A stretch of DNA of 64,000 bases from Amoebidium appalachense (lineage: Eukaryota > Protista > Ichthyosporea): assembly GCA_963693365.1 (NCBI GenBank), contig CAVNZM010000013.1:186001-250000 (forward strand). The letters are read 5' to 3'. The notes beneath the pieces were generated by a model. That model saw only the letters and a list, made by a program, of their open reading frames with translations, made no database searches and was not told the DNA's origin. Positions 23,884 to 35,964 of this stretch are shown here, piece after piece (the first letter of the stretch is position 1; each line of letters starts with the position of its first letter). A program made the position numbers and the translations under genes.

Positions 23884-24281
23884 GAGCACGTGGGTACGCA
23901 CACATAGGTACACAACCCTGATGACGCCTCGCCTACTGACACATGGGTTAGTACCCCCCCCTCTCCCGCCCCCCTCCCCCCCCTCCAGCCAAAAAAAATA
24001 AAATAAACGAAACCGGTTGTCTTTCATGAATTTGAACATCGTACTTTGTAACACACCCTACTTCCCCCCCCCCCTTTTTCTCCCACGCCCGGGGACAGAT
24101 CCCGCATTCCTCCTCTGGGCATGCAAGTGCATGCAGTTGTGAACGGCTGCAAAAGGCACAAACATGAGTGTGAGCATGTACCTATACGAAGGGCTCTGAC
24201 ACTTGAACATACACACTCGCACATGTGTGCGCAAAAAGATACAAAGACACTCGTTCTCTCACTCACGCGCACACGGACACA

Positions 24282-24320
<39 letters not shown>

Positions 24321-24914
24321 AACACAACACAACACAACACAACACAAACCCCCCCCCCCCCCCCCACCCACCCACCCACCCACCCACCCACCTACCCACC
24401 CACCCACCCACACATACACACAGGCTGTGCGCTATTCTGCCGACCGGTCCTTCAACTGCATTTCTGTGGATGGTGACAGCAGCACGAACGACTCGTTCGT
24501 GGTACGTTTACGCCGTCCCCCCTCGTGTATGCGTACTTCGTACTGTGTTCCGCATTCAAACCCCCCCCCCCCCCCTCTCCCCCCTCCTGCTATCATCACC
24601 ACCACCACCATCCACCCATCCACCCACCCACCCCTAGCAGTAAACTCAATTGTTTGGATGACTTTACCCCGGCCCTAGGAAGTGGCTCTGCTTTTTATGT
24701 TTACCTTGTGTGTTTTACTTTGCAAAATCTGCAATGTGTTGTCCCATCGTGAATGCGTACTTCTTTCCTCGTAGCACAATCTTATGCCCTCCCTCCTTCT
24801 TCCTTCGGTCTCTTTTCCGATGTTTTGTATCTTAAAATGCAAGGCTGGTAGCGTGGTGCTATGAATAGAGGCTAGGCAAAGTACTCATACTTATACGTTG
24901 ACGTGCGCGTGTGT

Positions 24915-24984
<70 letters not shown>

Positions 24985-25779
24985 TATGATAGTAGAAGAC
25001 TCTGGGAGGCGTGTGTTTCTAAAGCCTGCGATCATTACGTCCATGATGCAGGATTGCATGTGGGAGATGTGTACGAGTTGCATGTCCCGCTGTAATGAGT
25101 ATAACAGTGGTTTTTGATTGTTAGATTTTGACACTTCTCTCTCTCTCGCTCTCTCGCTCTCTCGCTGCATTAGTTTGCACACACGTCTTCACCGGTTTGC
25201 TCCCCTTGCTTGCATAAGCAACCCTGCTCCTCTTTGATCAAGACGGGTGACCCTCCCAAGTTCAGTTGATGCTGCTGTCTGAGTTGGAGAGTCGTGTATA
25301 TGCGGGGCTAAAGGGTGGAAACTCAGACGCAATTGATGACTTGGGCCCTCCCTGAGGGTGGGCTCTGTTTATGATTCATACTGTGCACATTGCTGATGTT
25401 GCATACTTGGATGTTTGCCTTGGCATGTGTCCTGCACCATGCTTCTCTTCGTGTATGCGTACTTCGTACCGTGTTCTGCATTCAAACCCCCCCCCCCCCC
25501 CCCCTTCTGGACTCTACTGGCTTTTCACACTACGTGTGTGTGCCCCTTTTTTTTTTTGTATATGTTCACCTTACGGTTATCATTAAGTTGTTTAATGCTT
25601 GCCACTGTGTGCAGCATTCTACCCCCCCCCCCCCCACCTCCCCCAACCACCACCACCACCACCACCAGTCCCTACCCATCCATCACACATGTACCCATAC
25701 CACACAAACAAACCACCCACACGCGTGTGAGCGCACACACACACACATGCACACACATACACACACACACACACATACA

Positions 25780-25841
<62 letters not shown>

Positions 25842-26285
25842 CCGGGATGCCAACCGGGGGCGTATTGTGTGTGCTCTGGGCTACAGTGGTGCCGAGTTTG
25901 ACCCCAGCAAAGTTCAGCTGCACATGAGCACAGGTGAGTTCCTTCCCAGCCAGCCCCCCCCCCGCCCCCTCCCTCCCCCTGAGGATGGGCTCTGCTTATG
26001 ATGCATACTGTGCGCATGGCTATGTTGCATACTTGAATGTTTGCCTTTGCATGTGTCCTTCGTGTATGCGTACTTCGTACCGTGCTCCGCATTCAAACCC
26101 CACCTCCCTCCCCTTCCCTGCCCCTGGTGTGCCCTGCCCCGGCTCTATCTCTCCCCCTCATCCCATGCATTGTGGTGTCCATCGTGACCGTGTGTGTACT
26201 TCGTACGCTGTGGCGCGTTCTTACCCCCCCCCCCCCCCCCCCCCCCCTCCCATGTATGTAAACGTCTGCGCGCCAGTTCTCACGG

Positions 26286-26375
<90 letters not shown>

Positions 26376-27211
26376 TGCGTGTTAAGTTCCTTGTGTGTGT
26401 GTGTTAACTCCGAGCCGATCGCCGATGCACTTTTGCATGAGTTTCAAAAATATATGCATCAGTGACTCTTTGAATTCAATAGCGCCTGTTGCGCAATAGT
26501 ATTGGCGCCAGGAATCGTTGCCTAATTTAGTATATGTTTTCTGCTTTCGGAAGACACCAAAAGCACAGGGGTTGACAAAGTTCTTCTGTTTCTCGCGGGT
26601 GTTCAGTCTAACTGTGTCTATATTTTCATTGAGCGGCCCCCCAATTTTCGAAGGCTGGCGGCAAGGGGATGCCCGGGAATTACAGTTTCCAACCCTGGAA
26701 TCGATCGCCTGATAATTGCTTCAATCCGATTTGCTGAGATCTTTACGGGGATTCATATTACGTAACTCTCATGAAGAAACCCCGCCGTGGTCGACAAATT
26801 CAACACAAATCACGTGTTCATAACACTTGCGGATGCATAGGAACACGCTGTTTCTTTTTATGGGACACAAGAATAGACATATATACATGTGCTTGTTGCA
26901 TTTTTGTCCACTTAGACTGTGTCTAATGATTTTTTTTCTATTTTTCAAGTTTGAGAGATTTTGACTTCCGGGCAATCGGCTCGGGGTTAACTGTATGTGT
27001 GTGTGCATGTTTGTGTGTGTTTGTGTGTTTGACGACTTGTGTGTGTGTGTGCATGCACGTGGGCGTTCGTGTGTATGTGTGTGTGTGTCACGGTGTGTGT
27101 AGCGTGCCTGTTCTCAACCTGTTGTTCTCCCCAGCCAAGGACGGTAAGGTGATCGACTCTCTCCCACTTGTTCAAGGACGGCGCCCCATATGAGATTGAT
27201 GAGCCTCGGTA

Positions 27212-27242
<31 letters not shown>

Positions 27243-27295
27243 CACAAAGACCTCCTTCCTCCTCTTCTTCTTCTTCTTCTTTTTTTTTTTTTTTT

Positions 27296-27326
<31 letters not shown>

Positions 27327-27370
27327 GGGGGCAAAGACCTCCTTCCTCCTCTTCTTCTTCTTTTTTTTTT

Positions 27371-27401
<31 letters not shown>

Positions 27402-28259
27402 GGGGGGGCAAGAATATCTCGTCTTGTCCGTGGTGGATGTGTGCTTCGTGTTGTGAACCCTGGCCTGGCCACTGACCATACTGATTCCAAATTCGTGCTG
27501 GAATATTGGGGGGGTAGCCGGAAGTTGCTGCTTGGAGCTCAGTCTGTTTTTGTCCCTAACGGCTATACCCCCAGTTCGGGGGGCTGCTTTTCTTTGATCT
27601 AGAGCGGTTTCCCCGAAGTGTGTTTTTCTCTGCTCTAGAGCGGTTTTCCCGAACTGTGTTTGTCTTTGCTCTAGAGCGGTTTTCCCAAACTGTGTTTCTC
27701 TTTGCTCTAGAGCGGTTACTATGATCTTGCATTTCACGCCGTTGCAAAGGAAGTAGAACATTATGCAGAATCAAACGAGTATTCCGAAATGTGTGAGTGC
27801 CTCTTTCGTTCAACCCTTCGAAGGAAGCCATGTGCGACTTAATTATTCCAGTGATTCCGTGCACCTTTTCGTGTATTCCGGTCACATGCCCGTCTATTCC
27901 ACTTAAGTACTCACAATGTCATATTCCACTGGTATTCCTGTGTATCCTAGTCACATTGCCGTGTATTTCACTAACGAATCCGAATATTCCACTGGTGTTC
28001 CCGTGCATTCAACTCGCACTCCGGTCTATTCCATCCACGTGCCCGTGTTTATCATTCAAGTGCCCATGTCTTGCACTCATATTCCCGTTTATTCCACTCA
28101 TATTCCCGTTTATTTCACAGTGCGGCCAAGATTCTGGAGCACACGGACATTGACTTCCGCCTGAACCTCGGTGAGAACGCATCGACAGAGTCGCTCACAT
28201 ACTGGACACATGACCTCTCGTATGATTACGTCAAAATCAACGCTGATTACCGCACATAA
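18637..28259 (+). CDS. argJ: Arginine biosynthesis bifunctional protein ArgJ / ornithine acetyltransferase (Arg7 family); incomplete or possibly disrupted in this sequence
   Basis: Exons: 18637-18771 ([11 protein letters not shown]...AAGVFTQ); 19318-19406 (NRFTAAPV...VVVN); 20426-20583 ([10 protein letters not shown]...[12 protein letters not shown]); 21191-21276 ([11 protein letters not shown]); 22056-22154 ([11 protein letters not shown]); 23491-23550 (ATML, autocleavage site and catalytic Thr); 24424-24501 ([16 protein letters not shown]); 25841-25933 ([15 protein letters not shown]); 27135-27208 (1-nt frameshift); 28121-28259 ([19 protein letters not shown]). The segment containing DGEGATK and LVKTA was not found. 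Confidence 0.92.
20736..20832 (+). pseudogene. Degenerate tandem copy of the 3' half of ArgJ exon 3 plus its donor site
   Basis: 'atgtccacgggcgtgattggccagcacccgcccatggataaaaattgccaacg|gtacgtgtg' aligns to 20532-20592 'atgtcaacgggtgtgattggccagcacctacccatggataagatcacaaacg|gtacgtgtg'. The downstream 'gacccgattcg' is also shared. Confidence 0.85.
22224..22780. mobile_element. MITE in ArgJ intron 5 (AGACCTCTCC termini, AT flanks; PIF/Harbinger- or ISL2EU-like)
   Basis: Left 'at|agacctctccacggccggccggctg', right 'cagtcggtggctcacggagaggtct|at'. No coding capacity. Superfamily inferred from termini only. Confidence 0.6.
25275..25487 (+). repeat. ~210-bp intronic dispersed repeat (copy 2)
   Basis: Aligns end to end with 11873-12082. 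Confidence 0.85.
27599..27717. repeat. 36-bp tandem repeat (3 units plus a partial)
   Basis: 'ctagagcggttttcccgaactgtgtttgtctttgct' units start at 27599, 27635, 27671 and 27707. Confidence 0.9.
27843..28117. repeat. Degenerate 21-bp minisatellite (about a dozen units) abutting the last ArgJ acceptor
   Basis: Recurring 'tattcc(a/g)ct(c/g)..(a)ttcccgt(g/t)' with ~21-nt period. Confidence 0.75.
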
Positions 28260-28299
28260 TTCACTACCATGACCCCCCACTAATTGAAACACACATGCA

Positions 28300-28333
<34 letters not shown>

Positions 28334-29089
28334 CAGACACACAGACACAATATAGCACAGTCTTCTCCCCCCTCGGGTGTTTATGATGTGTGTCGGACTT
28401 TGGAGATTTGTGTTTGTGTTTGTATTTATATGTAACGGCATCATAAAATTAAAAGGACAAGGTCACTCATAGAATGCTGGGAGTCGGCCCCACCAGTCCC
28501 TCATCAGTGTTAAGGGTCTAGACTAAGAGTGATATGGGTGAATGGCTGTCTATACTCGTTTTCTTTTCTTTCCTGGAATCACTTTCCTTGTAATACTATC
28601 TCCCGGCCATTTTAAGCGGTGTAACAGTGCAAAGTCAAGTAAGTGCATGTACAGGTGCAAAGATAAACCGTATGCCTTGCGTGTCAAGCCTGAAGTCACG
28701 GACAACGGCCCGGAGCCTACCGGCCACCTAGGCCACCTACACGTACAAGTACACGTGACACACACACACACACACATGTACGCAAACATGTACACAAACA
28801 TGTACATACACCGTGATTGTGCCACAACACAACCGTGCACATGTCCGACGCAAGGGAATGAGGGTGTGTGTGTGGGTGGGGGGGGGGGGGGGGGTCTCTG
28901 AACCGCTCTAATTGTTGGCCATGGTGCCAAATAGATTCCTTTCTTTGCTGAGACTCTGACTTGATGATGCAAAGCCACTTGGATACGGGGCCTGGGTGAC
29001 CGCGGCACGGCGACGGTTAAACTTTGATATTATTAAGAGTTGATAGTAGTTCAAGTTGCGCTTTCTAAGACTTTTCTTGCAATACTCAG

Positions 29090-29315
29090 CACATAGAGGG
29101 GTGACTCGCTTTTCAGATAACAGGTAGATCGAGGGTACCTTGCGCAAGGGGGTCTGGAATCTTACTTAAGGTGTCGGCCGTAGGATTCACATACAGGGGT
29201 CTGACTCACTCACTTGAAGATAACAGGTAAACCTTAATACGGCTTAGGGTCTAAAATCTTAAAAGGTTTCTGAGACTCGGCCGTAGGTAGGGTTCATTAT
29301 TATCTAGATCTTATC

Positions 29316-29352
<37 letters not shown>

Positions 29353-29674
29353 CCCCCTTGCCCTGGCAGGGTTGCTTAAAACATTTCTTAACTGCGTGAG
29401 TTTTTCTTTCTTTCTTTTTTTTTCTCTTTTCCTTTTTTCTTTCCTTTTTCTTTCTTTCTTTCTTTTTCTTTTTTTTTTTTTTTTTTGTGGTCACACACAC
29501 ACACACACATTGTGGTACACACGTGCACACACACACATGTGCATGGTGACACACCATGGCCACACAGACAAACACACCCAGTGACAAACGAACACAAAAT
29601 CCAAATGTACTCAGTCACAGACACATAGTATATTGCAAACATTTTCGAACAGCCCCCCCCCCCCCCCCCCCCCC

Positions 29675-29716
<42 letters not shown>

Positions 29717-30072
29717 CCGCAGCCCAAGACAAGGACCCACAGGGCAGGGATCCCCCGGGCCGCGGAAGAGAGGACCCCATACACACACACACTGTGTCAC
29801 AGTCACACACCACACACACACAAAGTTAACACACCCAGTGACAAACGAACACCAAATCTATATAGACACACACACCCGTGCACTGTCACACATAGTGGCA
29901 CACATTTTTGCACAGCCCCCAGTGTGCCATCCGCAACCCCCCCCCCCCCCCCCCTCCTCCCCTCTCCCCCCCCCCCCCCCCCCCCCCCCTTTCCCTTTAG
30001 GCCTTTCCCCCTCAGGCTTGCCCCCCTCCCCCCCCCCCCCCCCCGTCCTGTGGTTCCTTTTTCTGGGATGCG

Positions 30073-30103
<31 letters not shown>

Positions 30104-30158
30104 GTGTGTGTGTGTGTGTAGTAGTAGTAGTAGTAGTGGTGGTGGTGGTCACGGGGAT

Positions 30159-30190
<32 letters not shown>

Positions 30191-30260
30191 TGCGGCCCAT
30201 GCTGGCACACGGGGGGCTGTGCAAAAATGTGTGCATATGTGTGACAGTGCACATACACAC
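29090..30260. repeat. Composite dispersed repeat (copy 2 of the 258-1920 family)
   Basis: Same units: 'agataacaggta...ctcggccgtagg' twice; 'acacccagtgacaaacgaacac' at ~29575 and ~29832; 'gcagccca..aaggacccacagg' forward at 29719 and reverse at 30047. Confidence 0.7.
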
Positions 30261-30588
30261 ACCATGCACGTTGAACATGGAGGCACACGCACACACGCAC
30301 ACACGCACACATGAACACGCACACACACACATGTACACGCACACACATACGTACGCACGGTCGCACGCACGCACGGAGTGCCACGTCACACGTGCACACT
30401 GCGTCGCACGCACGCGTGCACACACGCACGCACTGACACACGTGTATACATGAACGCACACACACACACGTGTACCTTACTTACTGGCACACATGCACAC
30501 CGAGTCACACACTGTGCCGTGCAGCTACATATACAAGAAGGTTTCACAAACAACTCAGTCTTCCACCGCTGTGGCAACTACCATATTC

Positions 30589-31087
30589 GGGATTTTTGAA
30601 TTTGAAATGGTGGGGGGGGGGGGGGGAGAGTAGTAAATATCGACGTCCCCCCTGGTGGTACCCCCCTTCCCCCCCCCCCCCCCCCCCCCCCCCCAAGGTA
30701 GCCGCTGGGGTGGGTGGGTCACCCCCCGCCCTCCGGGAGGGGAGGGCCGGGACCCACCTGGCCGAGTGGGGTGGTGGGTTCTCCCCCCCCCCCCCCCCAT
30801 CCCCCCACCCACCCACCCACCCACCCACCCTCACATACACCTACATATGCACGTGATCATGGCATGAAAGACTGGAGTCCCTTTTCCACCGTGGCACCAC
30901 TGAAGACGGTATTCACTACTTCTTTTTTCTTTTTTTCCCTTAGTTGGAGCAATATTGCCTCCGTGTTGGCCACTGATTCATATCCCTCTCCAGAGGCTCC
31001 CCCCCCCCCCCCTCCCCCCCCCCCCCCACACACACACAAACACACTCACGGGCACCACACACACGCACCACACACACACACACACAT

Positions 31088-31122
<35 letters not shown>

Positions 31123-31407
31123 CGCACACGCGCCCATACACACTCGTACCAGCGGCGCGCGCACGTGCTCCCCCGTGCACACACACACGCACGCGTGCGC
31201 ACACCGTGGCACAGTGTCACACGCGCGCTCGCGCGCTCGCACCCCCTTGCCATGGCATACACGCACACGCGCACACGCGCACTCCCATACATGCGCACAC
31301 GAGCGCGCGCGCACGCGCCCGTACACGCACGCATACTGACCAATACACACACACACACACACACCGTGACACACACACATTCGCACGCACACACACACAC
31401 ACACGTG

Positions 31408-31451
<44 letters not shown>

Positions 31452-31817
31452 ACACACACACACACACACCGTGACACACACACACAAACACACACACACA
31501 CACACACACAGTCACACACACACACACTTCCCACCAAGTTGTGGTGGGGGGGGGGGGGGGGGGGGGGGGGAGTAGAACTGTACGGCATAGCCTGATCATG
31601 AGTTTCATGTGATAAAGGAATCCTGTTAGTTAGCCCCAATTTTTACGTTTTGGCTTTGTATGTAAACCACTGCTGACTATAATACTATATAGTCACACCA
31701 TGGCCATTGGGATGGCAGCCTATGGGGTGGGTCGGTATTCTCCCCCCCCCCCCCCCCCCCCCACTGCCCCCCTACCCCCCCCTGGGGGGGGGAACCACCT
31801 GTCCAAAGGGGGGGGTG

Positions 31818-31850
<33 letters not shown>

Positions 31851-31892
31851 AGTTACTACTAGCCCCCTCCCCGTTTCAAAGTCAAGAATCCC
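30589..31892. mobile_element. Non-autonomous TIR element, ~1.3 kb (second copy at ~55270-56949)
   Basis: Left 'gggatttttgaatttgaaatgg(G)nagagtagtaa' is the imperfect inverted repeat of right 'ttactactagccccctccccgtttcaaagtcaagaatccc'. Internal landmarks (atatcgacgt.ccc.tgg.ggtacccc, ggacccacctg, catgagttt...aaggaatc, atatagtcaca, ccacctgtccaaag) are shared in order with 55270-56949. Confidence 0.7.
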
Positions 31893-32062
31893 TTATGCAT
31901 GGTGATGGGAGCAGGCTCAAGTTCAGGCTCTTCTTCTCGAGCTGCCAGACGTATACATACATGTGGCCAGGCTGATTCAAGGGTCTTGCATTGCCTTGAA
32001 CGCAGTACAGTTGTCGCTTATGAGCTCAGGCTGTCAGGGCTATCGATTCGAGATATCGTTAA

Positions 32063-33071
32063 GGGCCTGTTTGGCAGCACCCCAATAATCGTATTCGTAT
32101 TTAGGCCCTAAAGGTATGCGTAATTAGGGCCTAAATACGGTTGGTGCCTTCCAAACGCTGTCAGGCGTGACCGGTCACATAAAATGTCGATACACGAGAT
32201 CTGATTGGCCCTATTCGCACCCATTGATCATCCTTCGGTATGCGCCCATGCATATAGGCTGGTGCAGCTGTAGTCAGTATTACGGTGAGTCTTGCTCTGT
32301 TTAACAATAGGTTAGAATGTCTGTTACCGAAGGGATACTGCCAGTTATTGTGGTGGTGTGTGCCGCTGCTGGCGCAGCAATTGTTATGCAATACGCATCT
32401 GAAAACAAGCAGCAGCAAAACACACGCTCACTCACTGGAAAGGAATATGTTCGTGAGCTGTTAGAATCGGGACACCCTCGTCGTGTTTTGCACATCATGC
32501 GCGCAAGCCCCGAAGCCATAAGCCAGTTGCGGCCTTACGTGAAAGAGATTGCGCACATGGACGTTGAAGAGATCGTGCGTCTATTGATGCTTATTCTTGG
32601 GCATGGCGCCGGCGACTCGGTTCGCAGGACGGCCGAGGATCAACAACACAGCACGGAGACTATCAATAGGTACCGTGTAGGGTTCCTCGTCCTCTGTCTT
32701 ATCTGTGCAGCCCAAATTCATGAGCATGTACACAAAAATGACACCGACCTTCTTTTTAACAGTTCACGTGCATGCGCCTGGTAGTACTGTAGTAAAAATG
32801 TGCCCGCCGCGGCTTACGCTGTACCATTGGCTAGCTGATAGCCAATAAATGATGCGAAAGGCTCTGATTGGCTATTTTCCTATATCGTATTTACGAAAAT
32901 CACCTCCAGAGCCGGTGATTTTCGTAAATACGATATAAAAGCGATCCCTTTCGTATTTACAAAAAATAAAAGCCCGCAGCGTGTTTGGCATGCCACGGGA
33001 TCGTATACGTATTTAGGCCCTAAATACGAATACGATAAAAAACCGTATTTAGCGCGCTACCAAACAGGCCC
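32063..33071 (+). mobile_element. Internally deleted PIF/Harbinger DNA transposon (1009 bp)
   Basis: TIRs GGGCCTGTTTGG(C/T)AGC; TAA target-site duplication at 32060-32062 and 33072-33074; subterminal 'cgtatttaggccctaaatacg' repeats; long hairpin at 32881-32937; transposase N-terminal fragment inside. Confidence 0.9.
32317..32784 (+). pseudogene. N-terminal fragment of Harbinger transposase (no DDE core)
   Basis: SLTGKEYVRELLESGHPRR..MRAS...MDVEEIV...LILGH...R.TAEDQQHSTETINRY matches the PIF/Harbinger N-terminal pattern (LTG..V.ELL.GH..R; VEE.VA.FL..LGH; FQHS.ETISR). Confidence 0.75.
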
Positions 33072-33146
33072 TAAGATATGATAGTCACGCTCACATGTAC
33101 AGAGATGATGACACTAATCACTATCATGTGATCCCCCAATCATAAT

Positions 33147-33720
33147 GGTTCGATTCGTGTCAAAAGCCAGATTGCCAGATTGCCAGAATGCCAGAATTTT
33201 GATGGCATTCCAGAAAAGCTAGATTTCGGTCCGGTTCTTGTAGAGCTAAAATCTAGCTTTTTGGGTCAAGAAGGCACTTGCCATTTTGCGCGGTAATAGA
33301 ATATCTTGGCTTATCTTAATGAACAATAATAGTTTTGAAATATTATTTAAATAATTTTTATTTTGTTAAATGGGCATTTATTACCAAGTTTTATGCATTT
33401 TTGAAAAGCTATACTAATAAGGCAAAACGCCTAGGATTGGATACGAACTTTATATGGTGCTGGCATGGCCAATCGTAAGGCGCAGGGTCAATCTGGCAAT
33501 CTGGAAGGGGGGGGGGGGGGGGGGTCGCCAGATTCTGGAATCTGGAAGAGGGGTCAAATTGGGTTTACACACTTTTTTATTGCGTGGACAAATTGAATCT
33601 GGCCTTAAAATTTTGTTTAAATTTTACGTTCCGATTCGATTAATCGACGAATAACCATTTTTGGCGAGGCGGTTTTTAATCTGGCAATCTGGCAATCTGG
33701 CTTTTGACACGAATCGAACC
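33147..33720. mobile_element. MITE (574 bp) with ~41-bp TIRs and AAT target duplication
   Basis: Left 'aat|ggttcgattcgtgtcaaaagccagattgccagattgccaga', right 'tctggcaatctggcaatctggcttttgacacgaatcgaacc|aat'. Internal 'tgccagat' 9-mer-like repeats. Confidence 0.9.
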
Positions 33721-35509
33721 AATGTCGCGAAGTTGTTTTAGCCCCGGCGTGACTCAAGCTGCATATGTTACGTACGTGAGAAGATCACGGTGCCAGCTCC
33801 GGCCGCATTCCGAGAGGCTTCAAAAGAAATACCAATTCCCATGGGTCTCCCGTGCGCCCCGTCCACTTGCGGCGGGCGACCTGCGACAAGAAGTCCGGTC
33901 CGGGACAGTAAAATTGATACATGTACAGATACATAGTGACTGCTGCTCCTAGGCATAATAAGCGAGAGTTAATAGGTAATCATCACGTCCCGGCTGGCAC
34001 AGCTGCCACTAATGCTATAGGCCAGTTTAAGGGGTATTTGCACAGCTGTAGGCAGCCCGGGCGCGGAGGGCCGGAGTTCAAGAAAAACGAGGTATATATT
34101 TATGTCGAGAAAATTACAAAAAAATATCGAGCATGCCGAACACGTGCATGAACTTATGACTTGGTATGCGGAAAGGATTATCCCGGGCTGATCGGCTACT
34201 ACTTCACACACGTCACAGCCTGGCCTACAGCTGGGCGTAAGCCTGAAAAATGGCCGACAGTACCATAATAGTGAAGCATCTGGAAGAAAAAAAAAAGAAG
34301 AAAAAAACTGAAAAACGATGCCCCATACTAGTATGTGGGAGGCGCCTGGGCCAGGCAGGATGCATATATGGTATGGTGACGTCTATCTTATCTCAGCTAT
34401 CATGGGCGGCGGGCCCATGGGCCGCCTGGCCAACGGCACGCTGAGAGCCACTGGCCCACAAAATCCTACTCGTCGTGACAAGAACGTTGTTTTCGGCCAC
34501 GCGTTCGTTGGCATACCATGGCCAGGGCCAATTTTTTGTTGCGAAGTCATATCACTGGCGTGCGGCCCGCATGGCAACGGCCCAACGTTCATAATCTTAT
34601 TATGAAGGTAAGCACCTACTGCGTTTCGACGCCTTCTAAAAAAGGATATTATAAAGACTATGTATGACAACTATATTACATATATATCTGACAGCTGACA
34701 GGCACACAGGCAGTCAGGTGTCACGTACTGAGTCTGAGCTTTGTCAAGCATGCATCAGAGAAGTAGTCAGAGACACCACAATCGTAAGAATGCACCTGCG
34801 TGGAATGCAGATCTACAGGCCCACTTTATTTTATCTTTATCCCCCTACACCCTCCAAGTGGAGGGTCTATAGCTTTTACTTAAGCTTCTATGATTGCGAG
34901 GTTTTTCTTTTTAACACAGTAATTGTCTTTACATGCATGTGTATACAAAACTATGTGTAAAATTTATTTTTTGAAACGGTGTTCAAGTCTACCCCCTGTT
35001 TTAACGTATTTTGTGTAATTCTGTTTTTCGTTCTCGGCCCGAAATTTACGGTTGCTTATAGTTCCTCCGAAGTCGGAGGGCTGGATCACTTCAGCACAGA
35101 GTCTACAAGTCAAAATTCCGAGGCTAGCCCAGATGCCATGATAAAAACTCTGGCTATCAAATTTATCACAAAGGTATTTGCAACGAGCTGGAAACATGTG
35201 ACTGTGAGCTCCTGCGATGTATGTAAGCAGATCATGAAGCCTTGTCAACGGTCAGAAAAATGAATACATATATGTATATGGAACTCTTACACAACATAGA
35301 ACCCTTGGCAGTCCCCCGGCCTGCGCGAATTTACAGTAACTACGGTATTTCCCAGGCCTGGCCCACAGAAACATATATATGTTAACACGGTCCACTTGAA
35401 CGTTCTATGATAATTCGTTTCACGCCATAACCACGTGGATTTCCGTGTGATCAGTCAGGGATCCCCAAAAACTCATTACCGTAACGATGCATGCATGAGT
35501 TTGACGAAC

Positions 35510-35635
35510 ACAGCGTTCAGGTATCTCAGTATGCACTTGTTACTGGATAATTCGTGAAGTTTTTATTGTCTTCTCAGTATGCCGTGCATACTTGCATATC
35601 TTTCCGTTGAATAAATCCAGTCAAAAGAAAAAAAG
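35510..35635. repeat. Dispersed repeat, also at ~47128-47315 (same strand) and ~63595-63776 (reverse complement)
   Basis: 'gttcaggtatctcagtatgcacttgttactggataa.tcgtgaag...ccgtgcatact.gcatatctttccg..gaataaatccagtcaaaagaa' occurs at three places. Confidence 0.85.
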
Positions 35636-35964
35636 TTTCTTTATGGGGGTCGAGAAAAAGGTTTCCAGCTTCAATTCAGGTCGATCTCTACCAAAATTTC
35701 AAGACTTCAAGCTTGAAATTACGTTACAGACACATGGCTAATTTGAAACGGACGCCCCATTGGCAACTTGATTATGTAAGATTCAATGGCCTATGTACAT
35801 TCCGCAAATGTTATTTTTTTTGGGTATTTATATATGCTAATTACCACACAGTGCACACTTTGTTGCCACACACTCAGGCTCAGCACTGTGGAAATGGGGA
35901 CATTATGGGGTCTCAAATTTCAGAGAGCATACGACCCGCCCCACACTGGGGGACCCTTGACCAT

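Noticed and set aside
25225-25250. CSSLIKT followed by GT as the missing ArgJ 'SxLVKTA' exon
   Set aside because: The upstream frame ([17 protein letters not shown]) has no ArgJ similarity, and splicing would omit the A(L/V)(Y/F) residues before G-DAN.
26566-26696. Possible hAT MITE (cagggg ttg... / ...ccaaccctg)
   Set aside because: Termini match poorly and there is no 8-bp target duplication.
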